64,000 nt of DNA. It comes from an uncultured Armatimonadia bacterium. GTDB lineage: Bacteria > Armatimonadota > Zipacnadia > CAVVLO01. The notes under the pieces were generated by a model. It was not told the origin of the DNA. It saw only the letters and a list, made by a program, of their open reading frames with translations, and did no database searches. A program made the translations under genes and the position numbers. The stretch spans positions 672,001 to 736,000 of the forward strand of contig CAVVLO010000002.1 in the NCBI GenBank assembly GCA_963749155.1, read 5' to 3'. Of this stretch, positions 1 through 9,230 are shown piece by piece. Numbering within the stretch: position 1 is the stretch's first letter; each line of letters opens with the position of its first letter.

Positions 1-1061
1 ACTTCCAGTTCGGCAACCAGTGGAGATTGTCCCAGAAGCTGGCCATCCGGCGCAACTGCCTTCACAACGCCTACCACAGCGCCCTTTTTCACTGGGGCGG
101 TCAGGAGGGCAGGTTCATAGCTGAGAGTATACTCGGGCGCTGAGGTTGAAAGCCCGATATACCGTATGGGCCGAATAGCTTTCACGGGCAGGCGCTGGAA
201 GGTTGCTCGCTCGAGCTTTACTGTGGCGATGCGCTGGCCTTCGCTGACCAGTTCCCACCTGCGCCAGGTGCGGAAGAAATGCTCGAAGGTAGCCTTGGCC
301 ACTTTGGCGCGATCAGGGCAGCCCAGCAGCACGGTAATTAGCCGCCAGCCGTCTTTGGTGGCGCTGGCCGCCAGGCACTCGCCTCCCGCGCTCACGTAGC
401 CTGTCTTAATCCCATCAGCCAGAGGATACTTGAAAAGCAATTCATTGCGGCTTTTCCAGGTTTTCGAGGCGCCGCGCAGATTCATAGTAAAGCTTTTCTG
501 CTTAACCAGCGCGCGAAATTGCTCATTGCGCAGTGCAATACGGGAAAGACTGGCCAGATCCATCGCGCAGGAGTAATGACCTTTTTGATGCAGGCCGACT
601 GGATTTAGGAAATGCGTGTGAGTAAGTCCAAGCACCGCGGCTTTGGCGTTCATCCGGTCGACGAAAGCGGGCTTGGAGCCAGCTATCGCGGTGGCAAGCC
701 CCATCGCTGCATCGTTAGCAGAGATGATGAGACTTGCTCGCAGCAGGTCGTCAGGTTTGACGATTTCGCCAGGCAGCAATCCCAGCGTGACTTGTTGCCT
801 GGTAGTACAATCAGCGGGAATCTGGAAAGGCCCCTCTGGCACCCCGGCTTCCAGCGCAACAAGAGCGGTCATAATTTTGGTCAGGCTTGCAGGAGGCAGC
901 TCCCGGTAAGCGCTATGGCGTGAAAGCACCTGGCCGGTCTCCCAGTCCATTACCACCCAGGCGCGGCAGGGGTAAGCCCCCAGCAGCTTGTCCCCCTGAG
1001 CAAGGCCTGCCAGGAGCACCAGGGCGATTATCAAAACCAGTGGTGTGAGTCTTCTTCTCAT
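1..1061 (-). CDS. D-alanyl-D-alanine carboxypeptidase (peptidase S11), 3' end outside window
   Basis: Read manually on the minus strand from ATG at 1061: signal peptide MRRRLTPLVLIIALVLLAGLAQG, then PPASLTKIMTAL (SxxK), SANDAA (SxN) and KTGY (KTG) motifs. Confidence 0.9.
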   Translation of the reverse strand, partial: MRRRLTPLVLIIALVLLAGLAQGDKLLGAYPCRAWVVMDWETGQVLSRHSAYRELPPASLTKIMTALVALEAGVPEGPFQIPADCTTRQQVTLGLLPGEIVKPDDLLRASLIISANDAAMGLATAIAGSKPAFVDRMNAKAAVLGLTHTHFLNPVGLHQKGHYSCAMDLASLSRIALRNEQFRALVKQKSFTMNLRGASKTWKSRNELLFKYPLADGIKTGYVSAGGECLAASATKDGWRLITVLLGCPDRAKVAKATFEHFFRTWRRWELVSEGQRIATVKLERATFQRLPVKAIRPIRYIGLSTSAPEYTLSYEPALLTAPVKKGAVVGVVKAVAPDGQLLGQSPLVAELE

Positions 1062-1082
1062 ACCTGCTCGGAAACGCGGTAA

Positions 1083-1147
1083 AGGAACCCGGGTTAGTTG
1101 TCGAATACTAGAGCGGAAACTAGTTCTCTTTCGGTAGAAGAAAACCT
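1083..1147. promoter_or_regulatory. Divergent pair of SigH-like promoter motifs
   Basis: Plus strand AGGA-N16-GAAT (1083-1106); minus strand AGGT-N17-GAAC (1147-1123); same motif recurs at many intergenic regions. Confidence 0.5.
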
Positions 1148-1175
1148 GTCTCGTTATACCCAGGGGGAGACCAGG

Positions 1176-2120
1176 ATGGCGCAGCTGGCCTTGCTGCTTG
1201 TACTGATATTACTTCTCGTGCCGACTCTTTCCTATGGACAGAGTCTGCAGGAGCGGCTCGGATTTGGCGCAGATGACGTTGTGCTGATTATCAACGCCGA
1301 TGATGCGGGGATGTGCCACAGCGCCAATCTGGCGGTCTTTGACGCCTTTGAAAACGGCGTGCTGACCTCGGCTACCGTCATGATGCCCTGCCCCTGGGTG
1401 AAGGAACTTGCCGAATGGTCGAAGACTCATCCCGAGGCCGATTTCGGTCTGCATCTCACGCACACCAATGAGTGGAATCGCTATAAATGGGGGCCGGTCG
1501 CAGGACGCGAGGCGGTGCCGGGGCTGTGCGATGAGGCGGGATACCTCCTGCAAGGCACCGAGGATATCTACGCCCGCGGCACACCCGAGGAAACCTGGAT
1601 CGAGGCGCGCGCCCAGATTATGCTTGCCGATTCATTGGGGCTGAAATACAGCCATCTCGACAGCCATATGGGCGTTATGCAGTATCTCGATCCCTATTGG
1701 GACAAGTATTTTGAGTTGGCGAAAGAATACAACCTGCCTCTAAGACTGGAGCCGGCGGCCTTGCTTGCCAGTTTTGGGTTGAAAGATCGCCATACGCTGC
1801 TGGACAAGGCGGGTATCCTCGGCGCCACGCTTGTAGTGGAGCCGAAAATCCAGGGCTCAACGCCTGAGGAGTGGTACGCGGCTTACGAGACAGGCCTGCG
1901 GGCGCTTGGGCCAGGCGTACATGAAGTGCTGCTGCATCCTGCGCTGCCAAGTGATGAGATCAAGAGCATCACCGGCAGTTGGGAGCACCGCTATTGGGAT
2001 TATCTCTGGCTCACCCGCCCCGAGACAAAGGCACTGCTGGACGAGTTGGGCATCAAGCTCATCGGCTACCGGCCGATTATGGAGTTGCAGCGGAGGGAGC
2101 GGGCGGCGGTCGAAGGCTGA
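1176..2120 (+). CDS. ChbG/YdjC-family carbohydrate deacetylase with N-terminal signal peptide
   Basis: LIINADDAG, GLHLTH, SHLDSHMG and EVLLHP motifs; GGGGAG RBS before ATG 1176. Confidence 0.85.
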   Translation: MAQLALLLVLILLLVPTLSYGQSLQERLGFGADDVVLIINADDAGMCHSANLAVFDAFENGVLTSATVMMPCPWVKELAEWSKTHPEADFGLHLTHTNEWNRYKWGPVAGREAVPGLCDEAGYLLQGTEDIYARGTPEETWIEARAQIMLADSLGLKYSHLDSHMGVMQYLDPYWDKYFELAKEYNLPLRLEPAALLASFGLKDRHTLLDKAGILGATLVVEPKIQGSTPEEWYAAYETGLRALGPGVHEVLLHPALPSDEIKSITGSWEHRYWDYLWLTRPETKALLDELGIKLIGYRPIMELQRRERAAVEG

Positions 2121-2130
2121 AAGGCGCAGG
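2102..2130 (+). repeat. Direct repeat copy 1 (29 bp, includes ChbG stop); copy 2 at 3284-3312
   Basis: ggcggcg-gtc-gaaggctgaaaggcgcagg versus ggcggcg-cgg-gaaggctgaaaggcgcagg; last 19 bp identical. Confidence 0.75.
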
Positions 2131-2131
2131 T

Positions 2132-3302
2132 ATGAGACTGAAGGCAGCAGTGGGACTAGCTTGCGCGGTCTGTCTGCTTGGGCTGGCAGGCTGCGCGCAC
2201 TCGCCCCAACTGCAACGGGCGACGCTTCCCCCGGATGTCACCAAACTGATCGCTGCGACGTGGAAGTCTCCTCGTGCGGACATGGTGCTGTGCGTTGGGA
2301 TCTTCTCCGGCGCTGCCTACGGAAGGCCGATCCGGAAGCCCTTGTGACCGTAAGGGGTATGGTCGTTGGACTCGATGGCCAAGTGAAGGCGATGACGCCA
2401 GGCCCCGTTAGACCTCCGGCCTGAGTGGGGCCCTGATGGCGCGTCGGTGGTCACCCAGAGCGCAACGGACGGCCTGCAGCGCCTTGATGTGGCGACGGGG
2501 AAGGTTAGCCAAGTGCCGATCCAGTTCGAGGGGCTGAAGCCCGACGAGGTCTGGTACGAGGCGCTGGCTTATTCGCCCGATGGCAGGTGGCTGGCTGCTT
2601 CTCTGCTGCCGATTGGCAGTGGCCACTCGCTGTGGCTCGCTTCGCTGGACGAGGGCAAGGGGATTGCGCGCCAGCTGGCGCTGTCGAGAAGACTTCTGGG
2701 TGCAGAGGCATAGCTTGGGCGCCGTCGAGCAAGCGGTTCGCCGCGATGGCGGTTGCGGGGCAGGGGTTGGACGAGTGGTTCCCCACGCTGAGTGACATAC
2801 GACGTCGAGACGGGCAAGCTGGCTCCGCCGCGTCTGAAGATGCGGGCCGGGAGCTCACGACCGTACAGGCTACGGGGGAGACACCGACCGGTCTCTGGCC
2901 TGGACGGGCGACTCGCGCGAGGTCTGCTACGTGGACTCGATTGGGTCTACGGGCTGGCGCTTCCTGGCGGAGGCTCCGGGGACAGGTGAGCCGCGCCTGC
3001 TCTTCAAGTGTGTGCCAGCCAAGGGCAGGACGGCAGGCGCGTATGCTTGGGCGCCCGGGGCCAAGGCAGCAGTCGCTGTAGACATGCCCGATGACTTCAA
3101 TCCGTCAGCCAGATGGGCCGGTGGACTCCTGGCTCGTATGGAGTCAGTAGCACCCGCCAGTTGCGCAAGCAGCTCGGTACGGCCGGGTGGAGCCAACTCG
3201 CATGGTCGCCGGATGGCAAGTGGCTGGCGCTAGTGCGCAACGGCAACGAAGCTGGACTTCCTACGTGTGCCGGCAGGCTTCGAGGCGGCGCGGGAAGGCT
3301 GA
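2132..3302 (+). CDS. TolB/WD40-like beta-propeller lipoprotein, split by several frameshifts
   Basis: Lipobox LAGC after a hydrophobic leader; ALAYSPDGRWLA, AWAPSSKRFA, AWAPGAKAA and LAWSPDGKWLA repeats spread over successive ORF fragments. Confidence 0.65.
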
Positions 3303-3312
3303 AAGGCGCAGG
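3284..3312 (+). repeat. Direct repeat copy 2 of 2102-2130
   Basis: Same 19-bp core; supplies the TGA ending the propeller gene (...EAAREG*, compare ChbG ...RAAVEG*). Confidence 0.75.
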
Positions 3313-3368
3313 GGCAGGTTGCCCCTGCACCCCCAGACTAAAAGTCGCGAGGGGGTGGCGAGAGAAGA

Positions 3369-3689
3369 ATGAACTTCGCACCAAAGCCATCAACACGGCA
3401 ACGTTCGTGCGAGCAATGTGGTCATCATTACCTGGCTACGCTGCCGGAGTGCCCCGAGTGTGGCGCGAAGAACCCAGAAGACCCCAACACTCCACTGCCC
3501 CTGTGGTTGCAGTTCGCTTTTGGGCTGGGCGCGATTGCGGTGTTCATTATACCGACGGTCTATGGCGAGCTGTGGCCAGAAGGAGCTGGCCCACCGCCCT
3601 CGCGGTTGCTTGGAGTACTGCTCCTGGCTCTGCTGTTGTGGCTCTGGTATCGCACCACGACCCCTGGCCGCAGGCGCAAGCGCCACTAG
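3369..3689 (+). CDS. Small zinc-ribbon membrane protein (hypothetical)
   Basis: CEQC...CPEC followed by two hydrophobic helices and a basic C-terminus. Confidence 0.65.
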   Translation: MNFAPKPSTRQRSCEQCGHHYLATLPECPECGAKNPEDPNTPLPLWLQFAFGLGAIAVFIIPTVYGELWPEGAGPPPSRLLGVLLLALLLWLWYRTTTPGRRRKRH

Positions 3690-3730
3690 CGGTGATACAA
3701 AGGGCACAAACCCCTGTGACTGTCGTCTGT

Positions 3731-3759
3731 GGTTTCGGGAACGAGTTCCCGAAACACGC
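3731..3759. repeat. REP-like palindrome copy 1
   Basis: GGTTTCGGGA-acgagt-TCCCGAAACACGC; same arms at 5141-5171. Confidence 0.75.
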
Positions 3760-3784
3760 GATATTTGGAGACCCCCAGACTGGG

Positions 3785-5047
3785 TTAGGTGCGGACCAGG
3801 TCTCTCAAGCGCTCCCCAAGGCGGGCGAGGTATGCAGCCGGCGGCTCGGCGAGGGGGATATCCGGGCGTTGCCTCGGCTCGACCTTCTCCAGTGTCGCTA
3901 GCGCCTCGGAGGCGTCCGCGAAGCCTGTGCCCTCGAAGGCCGGCAGGCGATACTGCGGCGGCAAGCTGGCCTCCCAGGTGCTGTGGTTCTCGATGAAACT
4001 CAGCACCCGCGCCAGGTCGCCGGCCGAGCCAGCCTCGGCAAGCTGCGCGGCAAACTCGGTAATAACGCCCTCGGGGTTTGCGCTCTCATCGTGGCAGCAG
4101 CGGGCGAAAGCGTAGAGGTTGGTCTGCTCCAGATAGGCGTCCTTGCTGTCGGTGTTGCTGATCAGGCCGTCCAGTCCGATGCTGCGCGCCTGGCTGGCGA
4201 TCCGATGCAGATAACGCGTCTCAGCCTGAGCGGGATGCACCTTCCCCGCATAGCCTGTGTAGCCATCGTCCACTTCATCTATCAGGAAATGCGCCCAGCC
4301 CCACAGCCGCGTCACACCGCGCTCGCGCAAGCGTTCGATGTCCTCTGCAAGCGGATAAGGCTCGGGCACCTCGCCGATCTCATCGAAGGCTTTGAACACC
4401 AGCGAGCGGTAATAGTTATGCAGGGGGAACTGCAGCCCGCAGTCCGGCCCGCCAAGGCCCGCTTCTTCGACCAGCAGGCGATGGAAGAGAGTCTCCTTCT
4501 TCCAGAAGGGCGCCTTGAAGGCGCTATTTGCGTGGTCTTCCCAGGCGGTTACAGCCCACAGATTGGCGTTGAATTCGGCGTGCGGGGCCGTATGACGTAC
4601 CAATTGGCGCACAGCGTCGGTCATCCGCTTCCACAGCAGCACGCCCTCGACCCCGAGCGGGTTGGGCGCGCCACCGGGATCGCCTGCGAAGAAGGTGAAG
4701 GAGTCCGCCTCCGAGAGCAACTGCACACCCCGGTGGATGGCCTCGAGCCTGGCTCCCATCGCGGCCTCATCCAGTGGATCGAAGACCGATGGCGAGGGGT
4801 AGTCGGGCCAGGAGGAGATGTTCGAGAGCTGGATTATGTCGACTTTGAAACCTGCCTGATGCGCTTCTTCGATGCCGCGCGCGAGGTGGGCATAGGCTTC
4901 CTCGCGAGCCTCGGGGGGCAGGCTGAAGGCGTGGTCAATGAACTGCAGCAGGTTGTAGCCGCAGGCTTTCCAGAAAGGATAGAAAGCGGGCGCGGGCCGA
5001 AAAGCGTACAGGCCGACAGTGGACAGGCCCTCTGGCGCGGAAGTCAT
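3785..5047 (-). CDS. Hypothetical protein (420 aa), possibly a TIM-barrel glycoside-hydrolase-like fold
   Basis: Long ORF with normal globular composition; no motif I can assign. Confidence 0.75.
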   Translation of the reverse strand: MTSAPEGLSTVGLYAFRPAPAFYPFWKACGYNLLQFIDHAFSLPPEAREEAYAHLARGIEEAHQAGFKVDIIQLSNISSWPDYPSPSVFDPLDEAAMGARLEAIHRGVQLLSEADSFTFFAGDPGGAPNPLGVEGVLLWKRMTDAVRQLVRHTAPHAEFNANLWAVTAWEDHANSAFKAPFWKKETLFHRLLVEEAGLGGPDCGLQFPLHNYYRSLVFKAFDEIGEVPEPYPLAEDIERLRERGVTRLWGWAHFLIDEVDDGYTGYAGKVHPAQAETRYLHRIASQARSIGLDGLISNTDSKDAYLEQTNLYAFARCCHDESANPEGVITEFAAQLAEAGSAGDLARVLSFIENHSTWEASLPPQYRLPAFEGTGFADASEALATLEKVEPRQRPDIPLAEPPAAYLARLGERLRDLVRT

Positions 5048-5140
5048 TTGGCATCACCTGCGGTTGGATTGGACGATGATTCGCTCTGCAAGGGCGCAAA
5101 CCTGCGAGGCCACTAGGCAGAGGCAAAGAAGATAGCTCGG

Positions 5141-5171
5141 GGTTTCGGGAGCAAAGACTCCCGAAACACGC
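5141..5171. repeat. REP-like palindrome copy 2
   Basis: GGTTTCGGGA-gcaaagac-TCCCGAAACACGC. Confidence 0.75.
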
Positions 5172-5252
5172 CACCGGTTTCTTTGCCGAAACTCTCCCCA
5201 AACGGGTTGATGCCGTGTAGAATGCGCGCAACTTGCTCGTTGGAGAATCACG

Positions 5253-5594
5253 GTGACACTGGTAATCATGCTTGGAGTCTTTTGGCTATTGCAGGTCGCG
5301 GCCGCAGCGGCTTTCAAATATGGCTCGCTGACCGAAGGCCAATGGATGAATTTCTTCATCATCGGCAACCTGGTGGGCCTCTCGAGCACCTGGCTCCTGA
5401 TGCACTTCTATGCGAAGATGCCCCCCAATGTGGCGCTGGCGCTCTCGGCAGGGGGAGCCTTCCTTTGCTCTCAGCTTGGCCTGGCGCTGCTCTTCCACGC
5501 GCGCCCCTCAGCTCTGCAATGGGTGGGAGTGACAGTCATCCTCCTCGGGATGCTCCTCGTCGCCGGCCTCGGGCCAAGCGCAGCGACGAAGTAA
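5253..5594 (+). CDS. Small four-helix membrane protein, SMR/EamA (DMT)-like
   Basis: 113 aa, four hydrophobic segments, C-terminal QWVGVTVILLGMLLV. Confidence 0.75.
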   Translation: MTLVIMLGVFWLLQVAAAAAFKYGSLTEGQWMNFFIIGNLVGLSSTWLLMHFYAKMPPNVALALSAGGAFLCSQLGLALLFHARPSALQWVGVTVILLGMLLVAGLGPSAATK

Positions 5595-5650
5595 GGCCAA
5601 ATCCAGGGGTGGAGCCAGGTCCTTGATAGAATCGAGCAAGGAGGCTAGTG

Positions 5651-7009
5651 ATGGGTTTTCGTGAGGACTTCGTCTGGGGTGCTACCTCTACCGCCTACCA
5701 ACTTGAAGGGGCGGCCAAGCGTGATGGACGTGGCCTTTCAATCTGGGATGAATTTTGTCGGCGCGAGGCCGCAATCTACCAGGGCGAGACAGGAGAGGTC
5801 TCCTGCGACCATTATGGGCACTTTCGTGAAGATATCGCGCTTTTCAAGCAAGTTGGACTGCAGGCCTTAAGATTCTCGATTGCCTGGCCGCGAATCCTCC
5901 CGAGGGGTGATGGTGAGCCGAACGCCAAGGGCCTGGCGTTCTATGATCAGTATGTAGACACACTGCTCGCAGCGGGCATTGAACCTTATATAACTCTCTT
6001 CCATTGGGACTATCCGGAGGAGCTTTACTGTCGTGGCGGATGGCTCAATCCTGATAGTCCCAAGTGGTTTGCCGAATACACAAGCCTTGTAGTCGACCGG
6101 CTTTCGGATCGTGTTAGCTACTGGATGACCCTGAATGAACCTATAGGCTTTGTGATGAACGGTCATCAGAATGGCAGCCAGGCGCCTGGGGCAAGGCTCT
6201 CCTGGCCACAACTCCTGAAGCTCAGTCACAATATACTGCTGGCCCACGGGCTTAGTGTACAAGCGATCAGAGCTGCCTCACGCAGCAAGAGTCAGGTAGG
6301 GATGGCTCTCTGTGGCTATAACACAATCCCGGCAACCGAGAGTCCTGAAGACATCTCGGCTGCACGCACAGCGATGTTCCGCCTTCCTGGAAGAGACCTG
6401 ATGCCTTACTCCTGGTGGGCAGATCCGGCTTTTCTGGGTCACTATCCTGAAGATGGGCTGAGGCAATTCGCCGCGGAGATGCCTGACATCGCGCCAGGTG
6501 ATATGGAGACTATCTGTCAGCCACTCGATTTCTTCGGATTCAACCTGTATTTCGGCAGCTATTTCCGGGCGGGTCAGGATGGAACGCCGGAACCTGTGCC
6601 TTATCCACAGGGGATAGGCCTTTCTTCAGTAGACTGGCCCGTGACTCCACTAGCGCTGCGGTGGGCTTCACGTTTTCTATACGAACGCTACAAGTTGCCA
6701 CTCCTGGTGTTAGAGAATGGCTTTTCAAATTTGGACTGGATTGCTGTTGACGGCAAAGTACATGATCCGCAGCGAATCGATTACACCACCCGTTATCTGA
6801 GGGAACTGCGTAAAGCTAGCGACGAAGGGGTGGATATCCGAGGCTATTTCCATTGGGGGATCCTCGACGGTTTTGAATGGTCGCTCGGATATAAAGTACG
6901 TTTCGGGTTAATCTATGTTGACTATGCCACTCAGCAACGCATACTGAAGGACTCGGCTCACTGGTATCACCAGGTCATCGCCACAAACGGCGCAGGCTTG
7001 GGAGAATAA
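5651..7009 (+). CDS. Beta-glucosidase, glycoside hydrolase family 1
   Basis: FVWGATSTAYQLEG, RFSIAWPRI, TLFHWD, TLNEP (acid/base), VLENG (nucleophile), DGFEW motifs. Confidence 0.95.
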   Translation: MGFREDFVWGATSTAYQLEGAAKRDGRGLSIWDEFCRREAAIYQGETGEVSCDHYGHFREDIALFKQVGLQALRFSIAWPRILPRGDGEPNAKGLAFYDQYVDTLLAAGIEPYITLFHWDYPEELYCRGGWLNPDSPKWFAEYTSLVVDRLSDRVSYWMTLNEPIGFVMNGHQNGSQAPGARLSWPQLLKLSHNILLAHGLSVQAIRAASRSKSQVGMALCGYNTIPATESPEDISAARTAMFRLPGRDLMPYSWWADPAFLGHYPEDGLRQFAAEMPDIAPGDMETICQPLDFFGFNLYFGSYFRAGQDGTPEPVPYPQGIGLSSVDWPVTPLALRWASRFLYERYKLPLLVLENGFSNLDWIAVDGKVHDPQRIDYTTRYLRELRKASDEGVDIRGYFHWGILDGFEWSLGYKVRFGLIYVDYATQQRILKDSAHWYHQVIATNGAGLGE

Positions 7010-7032
7010 GGGTTTCCACCTGGCAGGGGTGA

Positions 7033-7176
7033 GGAGCCTTACTTTGCTCTCAGCTAGGCCTGGCGTTGCTCTTCCACGTGCGCCCCTCAGCTCTGCAAGG
7101 GGTGGGAGTGACAGTAATCCTCCTTGGGATGCTCCTCGTCGCCGGCCTCGGGCCAAGCGCCGCGGCGAAGTAAGGC
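7033..7176 (+). pseudogene. Duplicated 3' end of the SMR/EamA gene (copy of 5454-5597)
   Basis: 144-bp gap-free alignment with 9 mismatches, including the TAA stop. Confidence 0.9.
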
Positions 7177-7180
7177 GGAG

Positions 7181-8362
7181 CTATCTGGGCGGCGGGTCGG
7201 GCAGGCGGAGAAGAGCCGCCTCTCCCCTCGAGTACAGCCACTTGCCATCGGGGGAAAGGAGCCAGTCACCGTAGTAACGGCGCGAGGGCAAGTCCATTCG
7301 GTATTGGCCGTGCTGACCTGCGACCAAGAGGACTGGCCAGGTACCCTCCCAGTCACTCACCGAGAAGATGGCTGTCTTCCCCCCAGCGGAGAAGACGCCT
7401 CCGTAGAACCAGCAATCCACGAGGTACTTCCTGGCGCTGTAGAGATAGCATCTCTTGTGTGTCGTCACATCGAGGCAGTAGCACTTGATGGGCGTGTAGT
7501 GCACGTCCGCGTAGAAGAGTGACCTTGAGTTGTCGCTCCAGCGCAGCGGTATCGCCAGTTGGTGAGGGTTGAGCGAGAATAGAGAGGTCGCTTGTCGGCG
7601 CTTGAACATCCAAGCCGAAGACCTCGTTGCATTTGTCCAGCCGGTTGTCCCTGTCATAGTGCGAGATCCCCGTTACTGCCAATGTGCTGCCATCGGGCGA
7701 CCAGGCGATTTCACCCAGCCCATAATGGGCGGGCAGTTGCCAGCGCCAAGGGACGGCACCGGGTTTGGTGACGTCGAAGAGGGTCACCTTATCCGGCCTG
7801 CTCTGATCGTCGGAACAGCAGTTGCCCTCGGTCAGGGCCACCCAGCTACCGTCCGGCGACCATTCGGTGAGGTGCGGGGAGAGGCAGATTCAAAGGCCGT
7901 GATCAACTCGTCGGTGTTGGTCCTGGTGTCGAAGACGCGGAGTTGACGCCTGTAGCCCTCCAGTATTCGGACGAAGCCAATGCGCTTGCCGTCGGGGCTC
8001 CAGCAAGGAACTTCGTCGCGCCGATCGCCCTTAGTCAGCACTTGAGATGCGCCCCCGAGTTCGACCAGCACCAAGTCTACCTCACGGCACTCAGCGAACT
8101 CGCTCGGTCGAGTCGATGGCCGCGCGACTGAGCAGGCCAGCGCGGCGCTGTCGGGTCGCCAAGCGGCCTGGTCGATCAACCCATCAGGCACCCGCAAGGC
8201 ACGGAGTTCGGCTGGCGTGACGAGGGGGCCAAGGGCAAGCTTGTGACTGCAGTGGAGCAACGCAAGCAGTATCACAAGGATGCAAATCAACGCGAGGACG
8301 AAGGCACCCCTCTTAGAGAGCTGCTTGCTGACAGGCGAGTATACCTTGCCCGATGCTGTCAT
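7181..8362 (-). CDS. Membrane-anchored TolB/PD40-like beta-propeller protein, two apparent frameshifts
   Basis: N-terminal TM helix; AAWRPDS, PCWSPDGKRIGF, IAWSPDGSTLA and LLSPDGKWL repeats across ORFs 7832-8497, 7353-7841 and 7181-7657. Confidence 0.7.
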
Positions 8363-8395
8363 TGGTCCATTGTAGCACTTGGGACGCGACTGCCT

Positions 8396-8470
8396 CTCTC
8401 TTCCTCCTTGCACTGGGTTCTGGTAAGCTGCTTCCACTAATGAGCGAGCCTGACTCCGAGCGTCTCGACG
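8396..8470 (+). pseudogene. Decayed duplicate of the miaB upstream region and 5' end
   Basis: 8396-8453 matches 9526-9583 (58 bp, 3 mismatches), then continues with miaB sequence from about 9630, i.e. a 48-bp internal deletion between two ATGAGCGAGC repeats. Confidence 0.85.
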
Positions 8471-8638
8471 AAGCAGAAGGGAGTAGCTTCGGTTCAATCA
8501 CCAGCTTTGTGCTGCTCAGCGCGTGAATTCAACACTGGTTTATGGTACGATTATACGATGCAGGGTAATAGAATGGAGGCAAGACTGACCCGGAGGACAA
8601 GTAATGAGTATCAAAGATGAGCCTACTATAGAATCAGG

Positions 8639-8929
8639 ATGGACGAGCTCTCTCTTGCGTTGCTGCTACCCGATGACAAAACTGTCGCGACTTATGCGAA
8701 CCAGTTGTGGGTAGCCTCAGGCGCCAATGAGGTTAACCTGTTATTTGGTCAGATGCCCCCTGTGCGTGACAGTGAAGAACACCAGCGACTTATGGAGACG
8801 AAGACGTTGTCAGTTCCAGTTGTGGCAAATGTAGTGATAGCGCGCAGCTTTCTGCCTACGCTCATACGCACACTTCAAGAACACCAAGAGCTCTTACAGC
8901 AGCAAGACGAAAGGGCTGACGATCAATGA
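8639..8929 (+). CDS. DUF3467-like protein
   Basis: YANQ...EVNLLFGQ...VVANVVI pattern; true start may be 8604 if there is an indel. Confidence 0.6.
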   Translation: MDELSLALLLPDDKTVATYANQLWVASGANEVNLLFGQMPPVRDSEEHQRLMETKTLSVPVVANVVIARSFLPTLIRTLQEHQELLQQQDERADDQ

Positions 8930-9207
8930 CTACCTTGTATATGTCCTCAGAGCGTATCAGTATAAGAGGGCTCTTCTCGAAACCACAGTTACAGAAACAA
9001 TCAATACAGGTACCTGCACACCGGAAACTCATATGTTTTGGTGGTAAAACCTATACTGCTTTGCTTGAGAGAGAGTCTGACCCAGTGCAACCAGGCGTAG
9101 TCAATGGCTCTATCCTGGAGTTGCCTGGCTGTAATTCGTGGGGCAAAAGCGAACCGGAAGCGCTAGCCGCTCTTCACGAAGCTCTGGAACTCTATCTCGA
9201 GGACTAG
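8926..9207 (+). CDS. hicB: HicB-family antitoxin (short form)
   Basis: ELPGCNSWGKSEPEALAALHEALELYLE partial RNase H-fold motif; adjacent to hicA. Confidence 0.8.
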   Translation: MTTLYMSSERISIRGLFSKPQLQKQSIQVPAHRKLICFGGKTYTALLERESDPVQPGVVNGSILELPGCNSWGKSEPEALAALHEALELYLED

Positions 9208-9230
9208 CGCCTTGTGCGCCCACAAGGCTG

